Position numbers and translations under genes: made by a program. Of a DNA stretch of 64,000 nt, positions 27,248 to 37,755 are shown piece by piece. A model generated the notes under the pieces. It had not been told where the DNA came from and searched no databases. It was given only the letters and a program-made list of their open reading frames with translations. Numbering within the stretch: position 1 is the stretch's first letter; every line of letters begins with the position of its first letter. Source of the stretch: an uncultured Chitinophagaceae bacterium (GTDB lineage Bacteria; Bacteroidota; Bacteroidia; Chitinophagales; CAIOSU01); assembly GCA_964502525.1 (NCBI GenBank), contig CAZCXH010000001.1, forward strand, positions 37,480-101,479, written 5' to 3'.

Positions 27248-27562
27248 GCTATGAGGTTGTATTTGTCGCGGCAGCTCATGAAGATTTGCAACTTGCTTTT
27301 GAATGGTATGAAAACCAACGGACAGGTTTGGGCTGGAAGTTCCGGTACGAAGTTGCCGCTTGCGTTGAAATAATAACCAATGACCTCGTGAGCTACCAAG
27401 GTTTTCACGGGAGAAACGAGAAAGGTTCCATTATCCAGATTCCCCTTCATCATCTACTTTATCTACTTTATTAAGGATGAAATAAAAAAACTGGTGGTAG
27501 TTGGCGCGGTTCTGCATGAGCGAATAAATCCGGAGGAAATCAAAAAGCGGCTTTCATCATAA
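27244..27562 (+). pseudogene. ParE/RelE-family toxin, frameshifted
   Basis: The N-terminus MSYEVVFVAAAHEDLQLAFEWYENQRTGLG is ParE-like. After about 27400 the family C-terminus (RKVPLSRFPFIIYF...VVVGAVLHERINPEE) continues in another frame to TAA 27560-27562. An extra G at gg 27400-27401 would explain the shift. Its ATG overlaps the MNT stop (ATGA). Confidence 0.7.
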
Positions 27563-27868
27563 TTTCCCTATTATTCAGTTTCACTGAAACCTGTCTTGAA
27601 TTGGATGAAGTAAACTGAGAAATGAGCAGGCATGTGAACAAACTTTCCTGCGATAACTTATGGAAGATTCAAACGCTGAAATAATCAAGGAATACGAACT
27701 GAGCGGGATCATCTATTCCTTTTAAAGCAGGCACCGGTGAATCACTTGATAATCCCCTGGTGTTTGACTCTGCCAAATCAGAGTCCGTTCTTCACACTCG
27801 CTTCTCCGGATTGCAAAATCCGGATTAAATTCATTCTTTGTAACTTACCTAAACCTAAATGACAAAGC

Positions 27869-28348
27869 ATGAAAAATATCTGCATCCTTTTATTTGTTGT
27901 CATCTTCGGATTTACATCACGATCTGAAAACGGATTGAACGACTGCGGGAAGGTGCAAACGCTGCTAACCATCATCGAGGAGTTCAGGGGAAGCCGGATC
28001 AACGGAAGCGCTTACGAGTGCAAGACTGATTACATTCTCGATGGCTTTGAGGCTGCGCGGGTCACCGTTCCCGGCAATGACGCAAAATACTGGACGGTCA
28101 ATATGGTTACCGAACCCATGCAGCAAGTGGAGGCAGAGGCTAAATACTTAACGCTCATCAAGGATCTGATGAAGTGCGATTACCTTAATAGCTGGAAAGC
28201 CGGTGAAACCGCCATCGAAGAGAATCTCTACCATTTCAATTTAAAACAAACCATCAGCACCACCGGATACTATAAAAATATCCTTATCTCATACTACAAA
28301 CTCAATAATTCTGACTTCTATAAGGTAGAAATCACCTTTAACAATTAG
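27869..28348 (+). CDS. secreted hypothetical protein
   Basis: Signal peptide MKNICILLFVVIFGFTS. No recognised domain. Confidence 0.5.
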   Translation: MKNICILLFVVIFGFTSRSENGLNDCGKVQTLLTIIEEFRGSRINGSAYECKTDYILDGFEAARVTVPGNDAKYWTVNMVTEPMQQVEAEAKYLTLIKDLMKCDYLNSWKAGETAIEENLYHFNLKQTISTTGYYKNILISYYKLNNSDFYKVEITFNN

Positions 28349-28359
28349 GTGTCAAGCAA

Positions 28360-29058
28360 TCAAACCTGGCTTTTCGCCACAAGGTTTAACGTCAATTCCA
28401 CCTCATTCCTGATCAGTTTGTCCCCGAGATTTGGGAAAAACGTCTCCGAAGCGTATTTCACTTCCCACTGCGAGCGGTCAATGGTAAAAACAGAGGATGC
28501 CTTCAGGTCGCCTCCGGTGATTTCCACTTTTGCGGGGAAAGTGATTGACTTGGTTATTCCCTTGATGGTCATGTTCCCGGTCACCTCATGGGTGTATTCA
28601 GGATTGCCTTCCAGAGGCTTCACTGAGGTAATGGTGAATGATGAGGTGGGATATTTTTCCACCTCAAAGAATTCGGCTGATTTCAGGTGGCCGATCAGGT
28701 TGCCGACTTTTGCAAGCCCATCGGTATATTCATCTCCCGCTGAGTGGATGCTGTTCATATCGGCAGTGAAGCTGCCACCGCTGATTTGATTTGTGGTAAT
28801 GGTGAAACTTCCATCCGTTAAGTTGATGGTTCCTTCATGCCTTTTGGGAGTGAATTTGTTCGACCCCATCCATTTAATGGTGCTCTGGTCATTCTGGACA
28901 ACAAAATTCCCACTCGCGGCATCTGCGCTTGTCGCTTCGGTTGCCGGAACCTCAGCAGCGGGTTCAGTCGCCTCCACCTTGTTTTCGGTTTGCGGTCCGC
29001 TGCATGAAACGAAATAGAATAGTGGAATTGAGAAAAGAAGTGTTTTGATGGTTTTCAT
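28360..29058 (-). CDS. YceI-family lipoprotein
   Basis: Lipobox FVSCSG. YceI-like blocks: STIKWMG, HEGTINL, HLKSAEFF-VEKYPTSSF, VTGNMTIKGITK. Confidence 0.85.
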   Translation of the reverse strand: MKTIKTLLFSIPLFYFVSCSGPQTENKVEATEPAAEVPATEATSADAASGNFVVQNDQSTIKWMGSNKFTPKRHEGTINLTDGSFTITTNQISGGSFTADMNSIHSAGDEYTDGLAKVGNLIGHLKSAEFFEVEKYPTSSFTITSVKPLEGNPEYTHEVTGNMTIKGITKSITFPAKVEITGGDLKASSVFTIDRSQWEVKYASETFFPNLGDKLIRNEVELTLNLVAKSQV

Positions 29059-29223
29059 TTTTTTAGTTTTTAAAAAATTAACGGTTCTTCGTCATGCTGA
29101 GCGCAACCAAGCATCTCCTCAGTAAGGGAGAGATGCTTCGTTCATTTCATGACCTCAGAATGACGTTGCTAACAGGCAATGAGTTTTTAGCAAAGCGAAA
29201 TTAGAATATTTCCGTTTCAACTT

Positions 29224-30888
29224 TCAACCTGCTAATTTCCTATGCCCCACCCACACAAACCTTTTATTAATATACTCCGGGTTGGTGAAACTCGCGTTGC
29301 CGGCAGGATTGCCGCCCGTCACGTGGAAATCGGAAAAAGCAGCGTGTTGATTCACCCAAATGAAACCATGCAGGTTGAGCGAAACGGGGGCAAAAACCGA
29401 TTCCATTTCTTCCTCTATTTTCTTCGCAGTTTTTTCATCGGTAGTATATGCCGCGCATGTGATGGCTCCGTGACGGGCTGCCATTTCTTTGGCTAATTGG
29501 ATGGACTCGTTCGTGTCTTTGGTTTTAATCACCACCACTATCGGGCCAAACAATTCTTTTTCGTAGGTGGCTTTATCCTTCGCGTCCACTTCAATGATAG
29601 CCGGTGAAGTAAGCCTCGCCTTGGTGAATTCCGGATTCTGTACCTGCTCGGGTTGCAGCAGAACCTTACCCATGGATGTCGCTGATTTCACTCTGTTCCA
29701 CGTGGCATCACTTTGTACAGCGCCCAATGTTCCCGGTCCCATTTTCGGATTGGTGGCAAATCCTTTCACCGCGTTTTTCAGCTTCTCCACCACTTCCGCG
29801 TAAGGAACAACCGTGTCTCCCGACTTCACGCCCGTTGATGGGATGAAGAAATTCTGTGGAGCCGTGCACATCTGGCCTGAGTAAAGCGAAACAGCGAATG
29901 ACAGATTTTGGAAGGTAGCATCCAGATTTGGAGTTGAATCAAGTATCACCGAGTTCACCCCTGCCTTCTCTGTGAAAACCGTTTTTCCCTTTGAGGTTAA
30001 TGATTCGATATAATCTCCAAACGTGCTGCTGCCCGTATAGTCAATCAATTTAATGGATGGATGTTCCGCAAGCTGCTTGGTGATAAGCTGATCGGATGAA
30101 TCAGCGGCAAGCTGAACGGTGTTGGGATCATAGCCCGCCTCCTTCAGCGCCTTCTGGATTTCAGCAACCACAATGGCTATGGGTAGCACCGATTTCGGAT
30201 GTGGCTTCACGATTACGGGATTGCCCGTGATAAGGCTCGCGTAAACTCCAGGCACCGTGTTCCAAACCGGAAACGTGGAGCAGCCGATGGCAAGGCCGAT
30301 GCCCTTCGGCACCGCCTTGAAAACCTTGTCGAGCTTCACGCTCGAATCTTTTCCCATCGGTTTTTCCCATAATATCTCATGTGGAAACCGTTTCAGCTCT
30401 TCATAGCCGAGCGCCAGCGCTTCCAGAGCCCTGTCGTTGGAATGCGGGCCCGATGCCTGGAACGACATGATGAACGACTGCCCCGTGGTGTGCTGCGTGG
30501 CATACGCGATGGTAAAAAATTTTTGCTTCACGCGTTCCAGCGAATCCACCAGCACGTTGGCGCGGTCATCGGGCGACACTTTCTTCCACGATTCAAAAGC
30601 TCTGCCGGCTTTGGTCACCAAATCGTCAACGGTAAATAGCGGGTATTTGATATTCAGCGGCTCCATCGTGTAGGGAGAAACCTCCTCACCGGCATAGCCC
30701 GAATTTTTATCCTGCAACAGCCCCATGAAATTTTCCCCGAGAAAACTTTGATACTCTTCCAGCCCCTTTTTGGGAGCCTCCTCCCCGTAGGCTTTCGGAT
30801 GTTCGGGATATGCCGCATAGAAGGTTCGTGCGTGAATCGCCTTCACGGCATTGTCAATGATTGATTTGTAAGTGTCGGTAAGCGCCAT
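29224..30888 (-). CDS. aldehyde dehydrogenase family protein (PaaN-like, ~550 aa)
   Basis: ALDH catalytic blocks FTEKAGVNS and YSGQMCTAP (Cys nucleophile). The long N-terminal extension resembles PaaN-type enzymes. Confidence 0.75.
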   Translation of the reverse strand: MALTDTYKSIIDNAVKAIHARTFYAAYPEHPKAYGEEAPKKGLEEYQSFLGENFMGLLQDKNSGYAGEEVSPYTMEPLNIKYPLFTVDDLVTKAGRAFESWKKVSPDDRANVLVDSLERVKQKFFTIAYATQHTTGQSFIMSFQASGPHSNDRALEALALGYEELKRFPHEILWEKPMGKDSSVKLDKVFKAVPKGIGLAIGCSTFPVWNTVPGVYASLITGNPVIVKPHPKSVLPIAIVVAEIQKALKEAGYDPNTVQLAADSSDQLITKQLAEHPSIKLIDYTGSSTFGDYIESLTSKGKTVFTEKAGVNSVILDSTPNLDATFQNLSFAVSLYSGQMCTAPQNFFIPSTGVKSGDTVVPYAEVVEKLKNAVKGFATNPKMGPGTLGAVQSDATWNRVKSATSMGKVLLQPEQVQNPEFTKARLTSPAIIEVDAKDKATYEKELFGPIVVVIKTKDTNESIQLAKEMAARHGAITCAAYTTDEKTAKKIEEEMESVFAPVSLNLHGFIWVNQHAAFSDFHVTGGNPAGNASFTNPEYINKRFVWVGHRKLAG

Positions 30889-31105
30889 GACTCGAAGGGT
30901 TTTTGTTAGGGGCGGTAAAAATAATAAAGTTTAGAGTTCAGAGTTTGCAGTTGGATGCTCCAAATATAGTGCAAACCATAAACCGTAAACTGACAAGAAT
31001 TTTCCTCAAAAAAGTAATTGCATAGTGCTTTGTTTTAATGCTACTTTTAGGTTCAAAGAAACACTGCCTTGACATTCCTCACTACTTGGAAGGAGGTGAG
31101 TGAGG

Positions 31106-32404
31106 TTACTCCTCTTTCTTCAGTTCCTCTACCTTCTTCACCCTGTCCCCATCTTTCAGTGTACGCGAGATAGCGCGGTAGGGACCAGTAACTACTTCCT
31201 GACCTTCGGTGAGCCCTTCGGTGATTTCGATGTATTTATCATCCTGGATGCCTGTTTTCACCTTCACCAATTTCACCTTTTCATTTTCGTACACAAAAAC
31301 AATTTCATCTTTCGATGCACTTTCATCTTTCTTTGGTTTTTCATCTTCCTCCTCTTCTCTGATAGTCACGCACTGGATGGGCACCGATAGCGCGTTCGCC
31401 CGCAAATCGGTCTTGATTTCAGCGGTGGCGGACATGCCGGGCTTGAAAGGGAATGGGTTTTCGGCAGAAACAAGCGCCTTGTAGGATTCAGGCAGGATGC
31501 TGATTTTGACGGTGAAGTTGGTGACCTGCTCGGTCGTTAAAACAGCCGTTGCGTTTGCAGAGTTGGCGACATATCTCACGATCCCCTTGAATTTCCTGTC
31601 AATGAAAGCATCCACTTCGAGTTCTGCCGTGTCGCCTGCGCTCACGCGGGTGATGTCGTTTTCGCTCACGTCAACCTGCACTTCCATTTTGCTGAGGTCC
31701 GCAATCGTCAAAATCTCAGTTCCCGTGAATTGCATCGTGCCCACCACGCGCTCGCCCTTTTTCACGTTCAGCTTGGAGAGCGTGCCGCTCATGGGCGCGT
31801 AGATATTGGTTTTGGTGAGATTGTCCTTTGCTTCCTTCAGGGCAGCCTCTGCGCTTTTCACGCTGAACTCAGCGCCCTTCACAGTTTCGTTTGCCGCGTT
31901 CATCTCGCCTTCAGATGATTTGAATGCCGCCACAGCATTGTCGTAATCGGCTTGCGACAACACCTTTTGCTCATACAATTTCACATTTCGGTCATACGAA
32001 AACTTTGCGTTTTGAAACTGCGCCTGCATTTGCGCTTGCCTTGCCTTTGCGTTGGCGACAGCCGCTTTCGATTGATTCAGCGCTGCCTGCGCCTGCTCAA
32101 CGATGGATTGGTAAATATCCGGACGGATGGTGAGCAATAAATCACCGTTTTTCACGGAGTCGCCTTCTTCGAAATAAATATCAATTATTTCACCTGAAAC
32201 ATCGGGGCTGATTTTCACTTCGGTTTCCGGAAAAATCTTTCCGCTGGCTGAAACGGTTTCCTCAATCGTGTGCCTCCCCACCTTCTCAACGGTAACTTCA
32301 GTCGCATCACCGCTGCCAATCCATCCTTTCTTTTTCCCAACAACAGCAACGGCAATCAGCACAACTACGGCAGCAATCAAAGCAATAAGCAAATTCCTGT
32401 TCAT
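31106..32404 (-). CDS. efflux periplasmic adaptor (HlyD/MFP family, MacA-like)
   Basis: N-terminal TM helix, lipoyl/hairpin coiled coil (AQAALNQSKAAVANAKARQAQMQAQ) and a beta-barrel C-terminus. Confidence 0.85.
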   Translation of the reverse strand: MNRNLLIALIAAVVVLIAVAVVGKKKGWIGSGDATEVTVEKVGRHTIEETVSASGKIFPETEVKISPDVSGEIIDIYFEEGDSVKNGDLLLTIRPDIYQSIVEQAQAALNQSKAAVANAKARQAQMQAQFQNAKFSYDRNVKLYEQKVLSQADYDNAVAAFKSSEGEMNAANETVKGAEFSVKSAEAALKEAKDNLTKTNIYAPMSGTLSKLNVKKGERVVGTMQFTGTEILTIADLSKMEVQVDVSENDITRVSAGDTAELEVDAFIDRKFKGIVRYVANSANATAVLTTEQVTNFTVKISILPESYKALVSAENPFPFKPGMSATAEIKTDLRANALSVPIQCVTIREEEEDEKPKKDESASKDEIVFVYENEKVKLVKVKTGIQDDKYIEITEGLTEGQEVVTGPYRAISRTLKDGDRVKKVEELKKEE

Positions 32405-33834
32405 CAGTCGAGGGTAATCGGGTTTCCAAGATAGTAGTCCAGCACCTTCAGCTTGAAGATGTAATCGTATTTCGATTGAATCAATTCGCTCTGCGCAGCA
32501 AGCAGGTTGTTGCTTGACGTGGAGTATTCCAAAGTGGTCGCTGCGCCAAGATTGAATTTTTTCGTTACGTATTCAAATGACTTCCCCAATGCCGACACGC
32601 TGTTTTGCGCGGCAAGGTATTTCTGATAAGCGGCTCTTGCGTCCGCATAGGCAACATACACATCGCTCTTAAGCTCATCCTGCACCGCCTTGTAAGCATA
32701 TTGGGTTTTCAGCATTTGCAATTGCATATTCTGCACAGCCATCCTTGTCTTCAGCCCGTTGAATATCGGAACGGTGAGACCAAAACCCAAGGTGTGATTG
32801 AGGTTATCATTGTATTGCCCCAGGAATGGCGCATCTTCATAAACGGGTTCGCCTATTACCGTGCGAACTATTTGCAAAGGAGAAGAACCGTCAACATATC
32901 CGATTATTAAGTTTTGCGAGTCCACATCCGCTGTTAATCTTTTTGAAATGCTCGAGTGATTCGTGCGCAGGTTATAATAAAATGAAAAATTTGGATAATA
33001 CATTCCGCGGGTCGCCTGCAACCGCTTTTCCGAACTCAGCAGCGAGTAGTTGGCGCTTTTGACGGAAGCCTGGTTGCCAAGCGCTATCCCATAAACATTG
33101 GCGGCACTTTTCTCCCTCAAAATAGCTGGAGCGCTCACTGTGATTTCCGGAATTGCAATGTCAAACGATTCCGGTTCTTCCAACTGAAGCAGGATGGCGA
33201 GGGTAAGTTTTGAAAGTTCCACCCCATTTTTCGCCACTACGTAAGTGAAGCTGTCCGTTGCCTGCTGGGCGAGCACATCCAGCAGGTTTCCTTCGGGTAA
33301 TGCCCCGGCATCCACCAATTTTTTAGTATGATCCACCTGCTCATTGCTGAGGTTCAGCCGCTCACCGGCTGTTTTCATTGCTTCCGTGTTCAGCAGAATT
33401 TGCAGGAATCCCGAGGTGACGTTAAGAGCGATATTATTGGCAATGTCCTCGGATGAGTATTGGTTGGCAAGCACATCCAGCTTGCTTTGCTTCAGCGTGT
33501 TCACTTTATTCAGACCGCTGAAAAGAGTCAAGCCGCTGGAGGCAGACAGCGAACTGGTTTGAATCTGCTGGTCAACATATTCGTAGGTGGTTGGGTCAAT
33601 GGAGCGCCCGAAGTTGACTCCATATTGCAGGTCGGCATTCAGCGTTGGAAAAAAATCGGCTTTAGCCTGCATAAGCTGGTTTCTTGCAATATCCTCGTTG
33701 GCTTTCGACTGTTTCAATTGCAGGTTATTCTCCTGCGCGTGGCGGATGCACCGCTCCAAATCCCACTTTTCCTGTGCGCTGGAAACAGACACTGCAAAAA
33801 AACAAAACGATAACGCTGCAAGTCTTGTCATCAT
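32404..33834 (-). CDS. TolC-family outer-membrane efflux protein
   Basis: Signal MMTRLAALSFCFFAVSVSSAQE. Two OEP repeats (LDLERCI..A...N..L, coiled helices). Confidence 0.85.
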   Translation of the reverse strand: MMTRLAALSFCFFAVSVSSAQEKWDLERCIRHAQENNLQLKQSKANEDIARNQLMQAKADFFPTLNADLQYGVNFGRSIDPTTYEYVDQQIQTSSLSASSGLTLFSGLNKVNTLKQSKLDVLANQYSSEDIANNIALNVTSGFLQILLNTEAMKTAGERLNLSNEQVDHTKKLVDAGALPEGNLLDVLAQQATDSFTYVVAKNGVELSKLTLAILLQLEEPESFDIAIPEITVSAPAILREKSAANVYGIALGNQASVKSANYSLLSSEKRLQATRGMYYPNFSFYYNLRTNHSSISKRLTADVDSQNLIIGYVDGSSPLQIVRTVIGEPVYEDAPFLGQYNDNLNHTLGFGLTVPIFNGLKTRMAVQNMQLQMLKTQYAYKAVQDELKSDVYVAYADARAAYQKYLAAQNSVSALGKSFEYVTKKFNLGAATTLEYSTSSNNLLAAQSELIQSKYDYIFKLKVLDYYLGNPITLD

Positions 33835-34199
33835 TGAAAAAGGAGGTTCATCGCAAAAATGCACACCTGATTTTTATTTCGCTGTTCCGGAAATTGATAT
33901 GACACTCCTTTGGAGTTAAAAAAAAGATTTACAATAATATTTTCCAAAATCATTTCATCCATTCGGGATTTAAACCCTGAAAGGGTGGCATTATTATAGG
34001 AGGGAGAATCTGAATAGCCAATTGAACCCCGCAGGGGTGCCATAGAATACCGCATCATTGAATGTATAGGTACGGATTTTTGAGATGGACCAAAAAGGAG
34101 AGCAAAAGTAATGAATTTGCCTTAGGGGAAGATTAAGAATAGATCGGCAGGAAGGGTTTTCGGGCGAATGATTTGAAAGAGATTTTCGATATTTCGGAA

Positions 34200-34664
34200 A
34201 TGAAACAAACCGACCGCAACGCGCATTTCATGCAGGAAGCGCTGAAGGAAGCCCAGCGAGCTTTTAGCGAAGATGAAATCCCCATTGGGGCAGTGGTTGT
34301 TTTGAACGACCGCATCATCGGGCGGGGGCACAATCAGGTAGAGAAACTGAATGACGCCACGGCCCATGCCGAGATGATTGCCATTACATCCGCGTCAAAT
34401 CATCTCGGAAGCAAATATCTGGAAGAGTGCGCGTTGTATGTCACCGTTGAGCCGTGCCTGATGTGCGCCAGCGCTTTATTCTGGAGCAGAATCGGGAGCA
34501 TCTATTATGGCGCATCGGATAACAGGTTTGGCTATACCCGTCTTGACAAAAATATTTTCGGAGAAAAGGTCAAAATAAATCGCGGCATCCTGAAAGACGA
34601 ATGCGCCAGCTTGATTTTGGATTTTTTTAAGAAGAAAAGGGACCTGGATGATTTGCTGAAATAG
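34200..34664 (+). CDS. tadA: tRNA adenosine(34) deaminase
   Basis: HAEMIAI and PCLMCASAL zinc motifs. Size is about 155 aa from the ATG at 34200. Confidence 0.85.
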   Translation: MKQTDRNAHFMQEALKEAQRAFSEDEIPIGAVVVLNDRIIGRGHNQVEKLNDATAHAEMIAITSASNHLGSKYLEECALYVTVEPCLMCASALFWSRIGSIYYGASDNRFGYTRLDKNIFGEKVKINRGILKDECASLILDFFKKKRDLDDLLK

Positions 34665-34671
34665 TAACTTT

Positions 34672-35919
34672 CTATCGCAGCACTGCCAGCCTATCGGCAT
34701 CCAGTTTTAACAGAATGAAAAGCAGGATGGTGAAGGCAAGGATGGATGAACCGCCATAGCTGAAAAACGGCAGCGGAATTCCAATCACCGGAGCAAGCCC
34801 GATGGTCATGCCAATATTAATGGTGATATGAAAAAACAAAATACTGGCTACGCCATAGCCGTAAATGCGGCTGAATTTGGAGCGCTGCCGTTCGGAAATG
34901 AAAACGATTCGGTATAAAAGCCCGAACAGTAAAGCAAGTACGACAAGGCTGCCCAGAAACCCGTGCTCTTCGCCAATGGTGCAAAAAATGAAATCAGTGG
35001 AGAGTTCAGGAACAAAGTCATACTTGGTTTGAGTGCCGTTCAGAAACCCCTTGCCGCCCCATCCTCCTGAGCCAATAGCGATTTTCGATTGGTTTACGTT
35101 CCAGTCATTCCCTGATTTTCCGAGCAGCACGTTGATGCGGTCGCGGTGGCGCTCCTGCAGGAAATGATTAAAAACATAGTCCACGGCAAAGACATACGCA
35201 GAAGATACAACCATTAGTCCGATGAGTGAAGGAACAAATCCTTTGCTTTTTCGGAAAAGATATATCAGCAAAAATCCGATGAGAAGAATACTGCCAATCA
35301 GGTAGGTGAAGTTGAAAAGCAGGGCGAGTATGGAAAGAAGCGCGATCAACAGCACCATGATTAAATAGATCGGGTTCAATCCTTCGCGGAACAGCACGAG
35401 CAAAAACACTCCAAACACCAAAGCGGAGCCAAAATCTCCCTGCAGAAAAATAAGTCCCATTGGAACAGCCAGCAACCCGAAGCAGATCAACTGTGATTTG
35501 TATTTTCTCAGATCCACATTCAGCGTACTGAGGTATTTGGCGGTGGCGAGGCTCACCGCGATCTTGGCGAATTCGGCAGGCTGAATGCTGAAACTCCCGA
35601 ACTGTATCCATGATTTATTGCCCTTGACTTCAGTTCCGAATCCAAGCACCCCCAGCAACAACAGCATAATAAAAAAGTATATGACATAGGCGAAGGTGGT
35701 GTAAAATTTGCTGTCAATGATCAGCGCAACAAATGCGAACGCCAATGACACCAGTATCCAGGTCATTTGTTTTCCATGGTTGGAGGTCATGTCGAACGCT
35801 TTCGTTCTCACGCCCTCATACTCCGCAGCGTAGATGGAAAACCAACCCATCGCCACCAGCAGCAGATAGATGAGGATGGACAGCCAGTCAACGTTCGCCA
35901 GCAAACTCTTCCGCCTCAT
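34672..35919 (-). CDS. rodA: rod shape-determining protein RodA (SEDS family)
   Basis: Polytopic SEDS protein with QPAEFAK, TDFIF and PFFSYGGSS. It lies downstream of mrdA. Confidence 0.9.
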   Translation of the reverse strand: MRRKSLLANVDWLSILIYLLLVAMGWFSIYAAEYEGVRTKAFDMTSNHGKQMTWILVSLAFAFVALIIDSKFYTTFAYVIYFFIMLLLLGVLGFGTEVKGNKSWIQFGSFSIQPAEFAKIAVSLATAKYLSTLNVDLRKYKSQLICFGLLAVPMGLIFLQGDFGSALVFGVFLLVLFREGLNPIYLIMVLLIALLSILALLFNFTYLIGSILLIGFLLIYLFRKSKGFVPSLIGLMVVSSAYVFAVDYVFNHFLQERHRDRINVLLGKSGNDWNVNQSKIAIGSGGWGGKGFLNGTQTKYDFVPELSTDFIFCTIGEEHGFLGSLVVLALLFGLLYRIVFISERQRSKFSRIYGYGVASILFFHITINIGMTIGLAPVIGIPLPFFSYGGSSILAFTILLFILLKLDADRLAVLR

Positions 35920-37753
35920 TGGGTTTGGGATTTATGAAGTCTGTTTCAATCATTTTCTTTTCAAGCGCAAGACGCGCGGTGGATATTGTGTCGTTAATAT
36001 ATTTTTCTATTATGAGGCTTGCTATTGGCGCTGCAAACGTTGAACCGTGCCCCGCATTCTCAACCACCACCGAAATGGCAATCTTGGGATTGTCCTTGGG
36101 GGCAAAAGCGATATACAGCGAATTATCTTCACCCGTTGGATTCTGCGCGGTTCCTGTTTTGCCGCATGCCTCAATGCCGGGAATCCGCGAGCCTCTTGCC
36201 GTTCCCCTTTCAACCGTTTCAAGCATGGCCCCGATAACAGGCTCGAATTTCGATTTGTCAACCATAGTTTTTCGCTTCTCTTTGAAATCATTGAGCAGCG
36301 GTGAGATGCTGTCAGCAATGGCGGTGGCAAAATGAGGCGTATAATAAAATCCGCGGTTGGCGATGGCAGCCGCCATGTTCGCCATTTGCAAAGGCGTTAC
36401 GCCAAGTTCGCCTTGCCCTATCCCAAGCGACACCACCGTCAATGACTTCCAGCTTTGGTTTTTATAGACCTTGTTGTAATACTCAGGCGCAGGAACCAAT
36501 CCTTCAAATTCATTGGGAACATCAATTCCGAGCTTGCGGCCCAGTCCAAAGCTTACCACATAATCATGCCATGCTGCGAGGCTTTCCTGTGTGTTCCTGA
36601 ATTTCGGCTGGTCGAGCATGTTTCTGAACACATTGCAGAAATATGCGTTGCATGAATACTGAAGCCCCATCGAGAGGTTTGTTACCACAGGATGCGGCCT
36701 GCACCCCACCGAAAACGAGCCGACATAATATCCCGGCCTGCAACTGTAATGGCTGCCTGGGCTTAATGTTCCTTCCTGCAAGCCGGCAAGCGCCATCAGC
36801 GGCTTGAACGTGCTGCCCGGAGGATAGAAGCCCATAATTGGCCGGTTGTAAAGCGGCTTAAGCGTGTCCATGCTCAATATCCGGAAATTTTCTCCGCGCA
36901 TTCTGCCGCTCAAAAGATTAGGGTCGTAGGTCGGGCTGCTCACCATCATCAGCACTTCGCCCGTTGCCGGGTCAATGGCAATAATGCTGCCTTTTTTATT
37001 TTGCATCAGCAGTTCGCCATACATCTGCAGGCCGATGTCAATGGACAGGCGCAAATCTTTTCCGTTAATGGCAAACGTATCCAGCTCGCCATTGCGGAAC
37101 GAGCCTTTCTCACGATTATGAACGTCAACCAAAATGTATTTGCTGCCGCGGGTTCCCCGCAGTTCTTCTTCATAAACTTTTTCAACTCCGCTGATGCCAA
37201 TAAAATCACCTGATTTATAGTATCCCGATTTGTCAACAATGCTTTGGTCCACTTCCCCTACATAGCCCAAAATATGAGTGGCGGATTTGTACGGATACCT
37301 GCGGATGGTTCGGAGTTCAGTGTAAAATCCCGGGAACTGATACATGTACTCCTGGAAACGGGCGAACTCTTCCATCGTCATCTGTTTCAGAAAAGGCTGG
37401 GGGCGCTTTTTCTGCCTGATCTGCTGCCTCACCTTCTGCATCTGCGAGATGAACGTTCCGCGGTCAATATTCAGCATCTCGCAGAACTTCACCGTATCCA
37501 TATTCTTGTCCACCTGCCGCAGCACTACGTAAAGGTCATACACCGCATCATTGGTTACAATGATTCTGCCGTTCCGGTCGTAGATCAAGCCGCGGTCCGG
37601 ATGCAGCTGCACCCTGCGCACCACATTCTGGCTCGCCAGATCCTTGTATGTTTCAGCAACAATCTGCAGATGAAAAAGTTTGACAAGGAAAGCGGAAAGC
37701 ACCAGTCCAAACAGCGCTTGTATAATCAGCATCCTGCCTTTGAAGAAATCCAT
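35888..37753 (-). CDS. mrdA: penicillin-binding protein 2
   Basis: Transpeptidase motifs STFK, SCN (SxN) and KTGT. Lies in the mre context. Confidence 0.9.
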   Translation of the reverse strand: MDFFKGRMLIIQALFGLVLSAFLVKLFHLQIVAETYKDLASQNVVRRVQLHPDRGLIYDRNGRIIVTNDAVYDLYVVLRQVDKNMDTVKFCEMLNIDRGTFISQMQKVRQQIRQKKRPQPFLKQMTMEEFARFQEYMYQFPGFYTELRTIRRYPYKSATHILGYVGEVDQSIVDKSGYYKSGDFIGISGVEKVYEEELRGTRGSKYILVDVHNREKGSFRNGELDTFAINGKDLRLSIDIGLQMYGELLMQNKKGSIIAIDPATGEVLMMVSSPTYDPNLLSGRMRGENFRILSMDTLKPLYNRPIMGFYPPGSTFKPLMALAGLQEGTLSPGSHYSCRPGYYVGSFSVGCRPHPVVTNLSMGLQYSCNAYFCNVFRNMLDQPKFRNTQESLAAWHDYVVSFGLGRKLGIDVPNEFEGLVPAPEYYNKVYKNQSWKSLTVVSLGIGQGELGVTPLQMANMAAAIANRGFYYTPHFATAIADSISPLLNDFKEKRKTMVDKSKFEPVIGAMLETVERGTARGSRIPGIEACGKTGTAQNPTGEDNSLYIAFAPKDNPKIAISVVVENAGHGSTFAAPIASLIIEKYINDTISTARLALEKKMIETDFINPKPNEAEEFAGER

Positions 37754-37755
37754 GT

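Noticed and set aside
35168-35611. 147-aa alternative-frame minus-strand ORF inside rodA, with similar ORFs inside mrdA (36022..36330 and others)
   Set aside because: These are out-of-frame overlaps with clearly identified SEDS and PBP2 genes. Their R/G/C-rich translations have no features.
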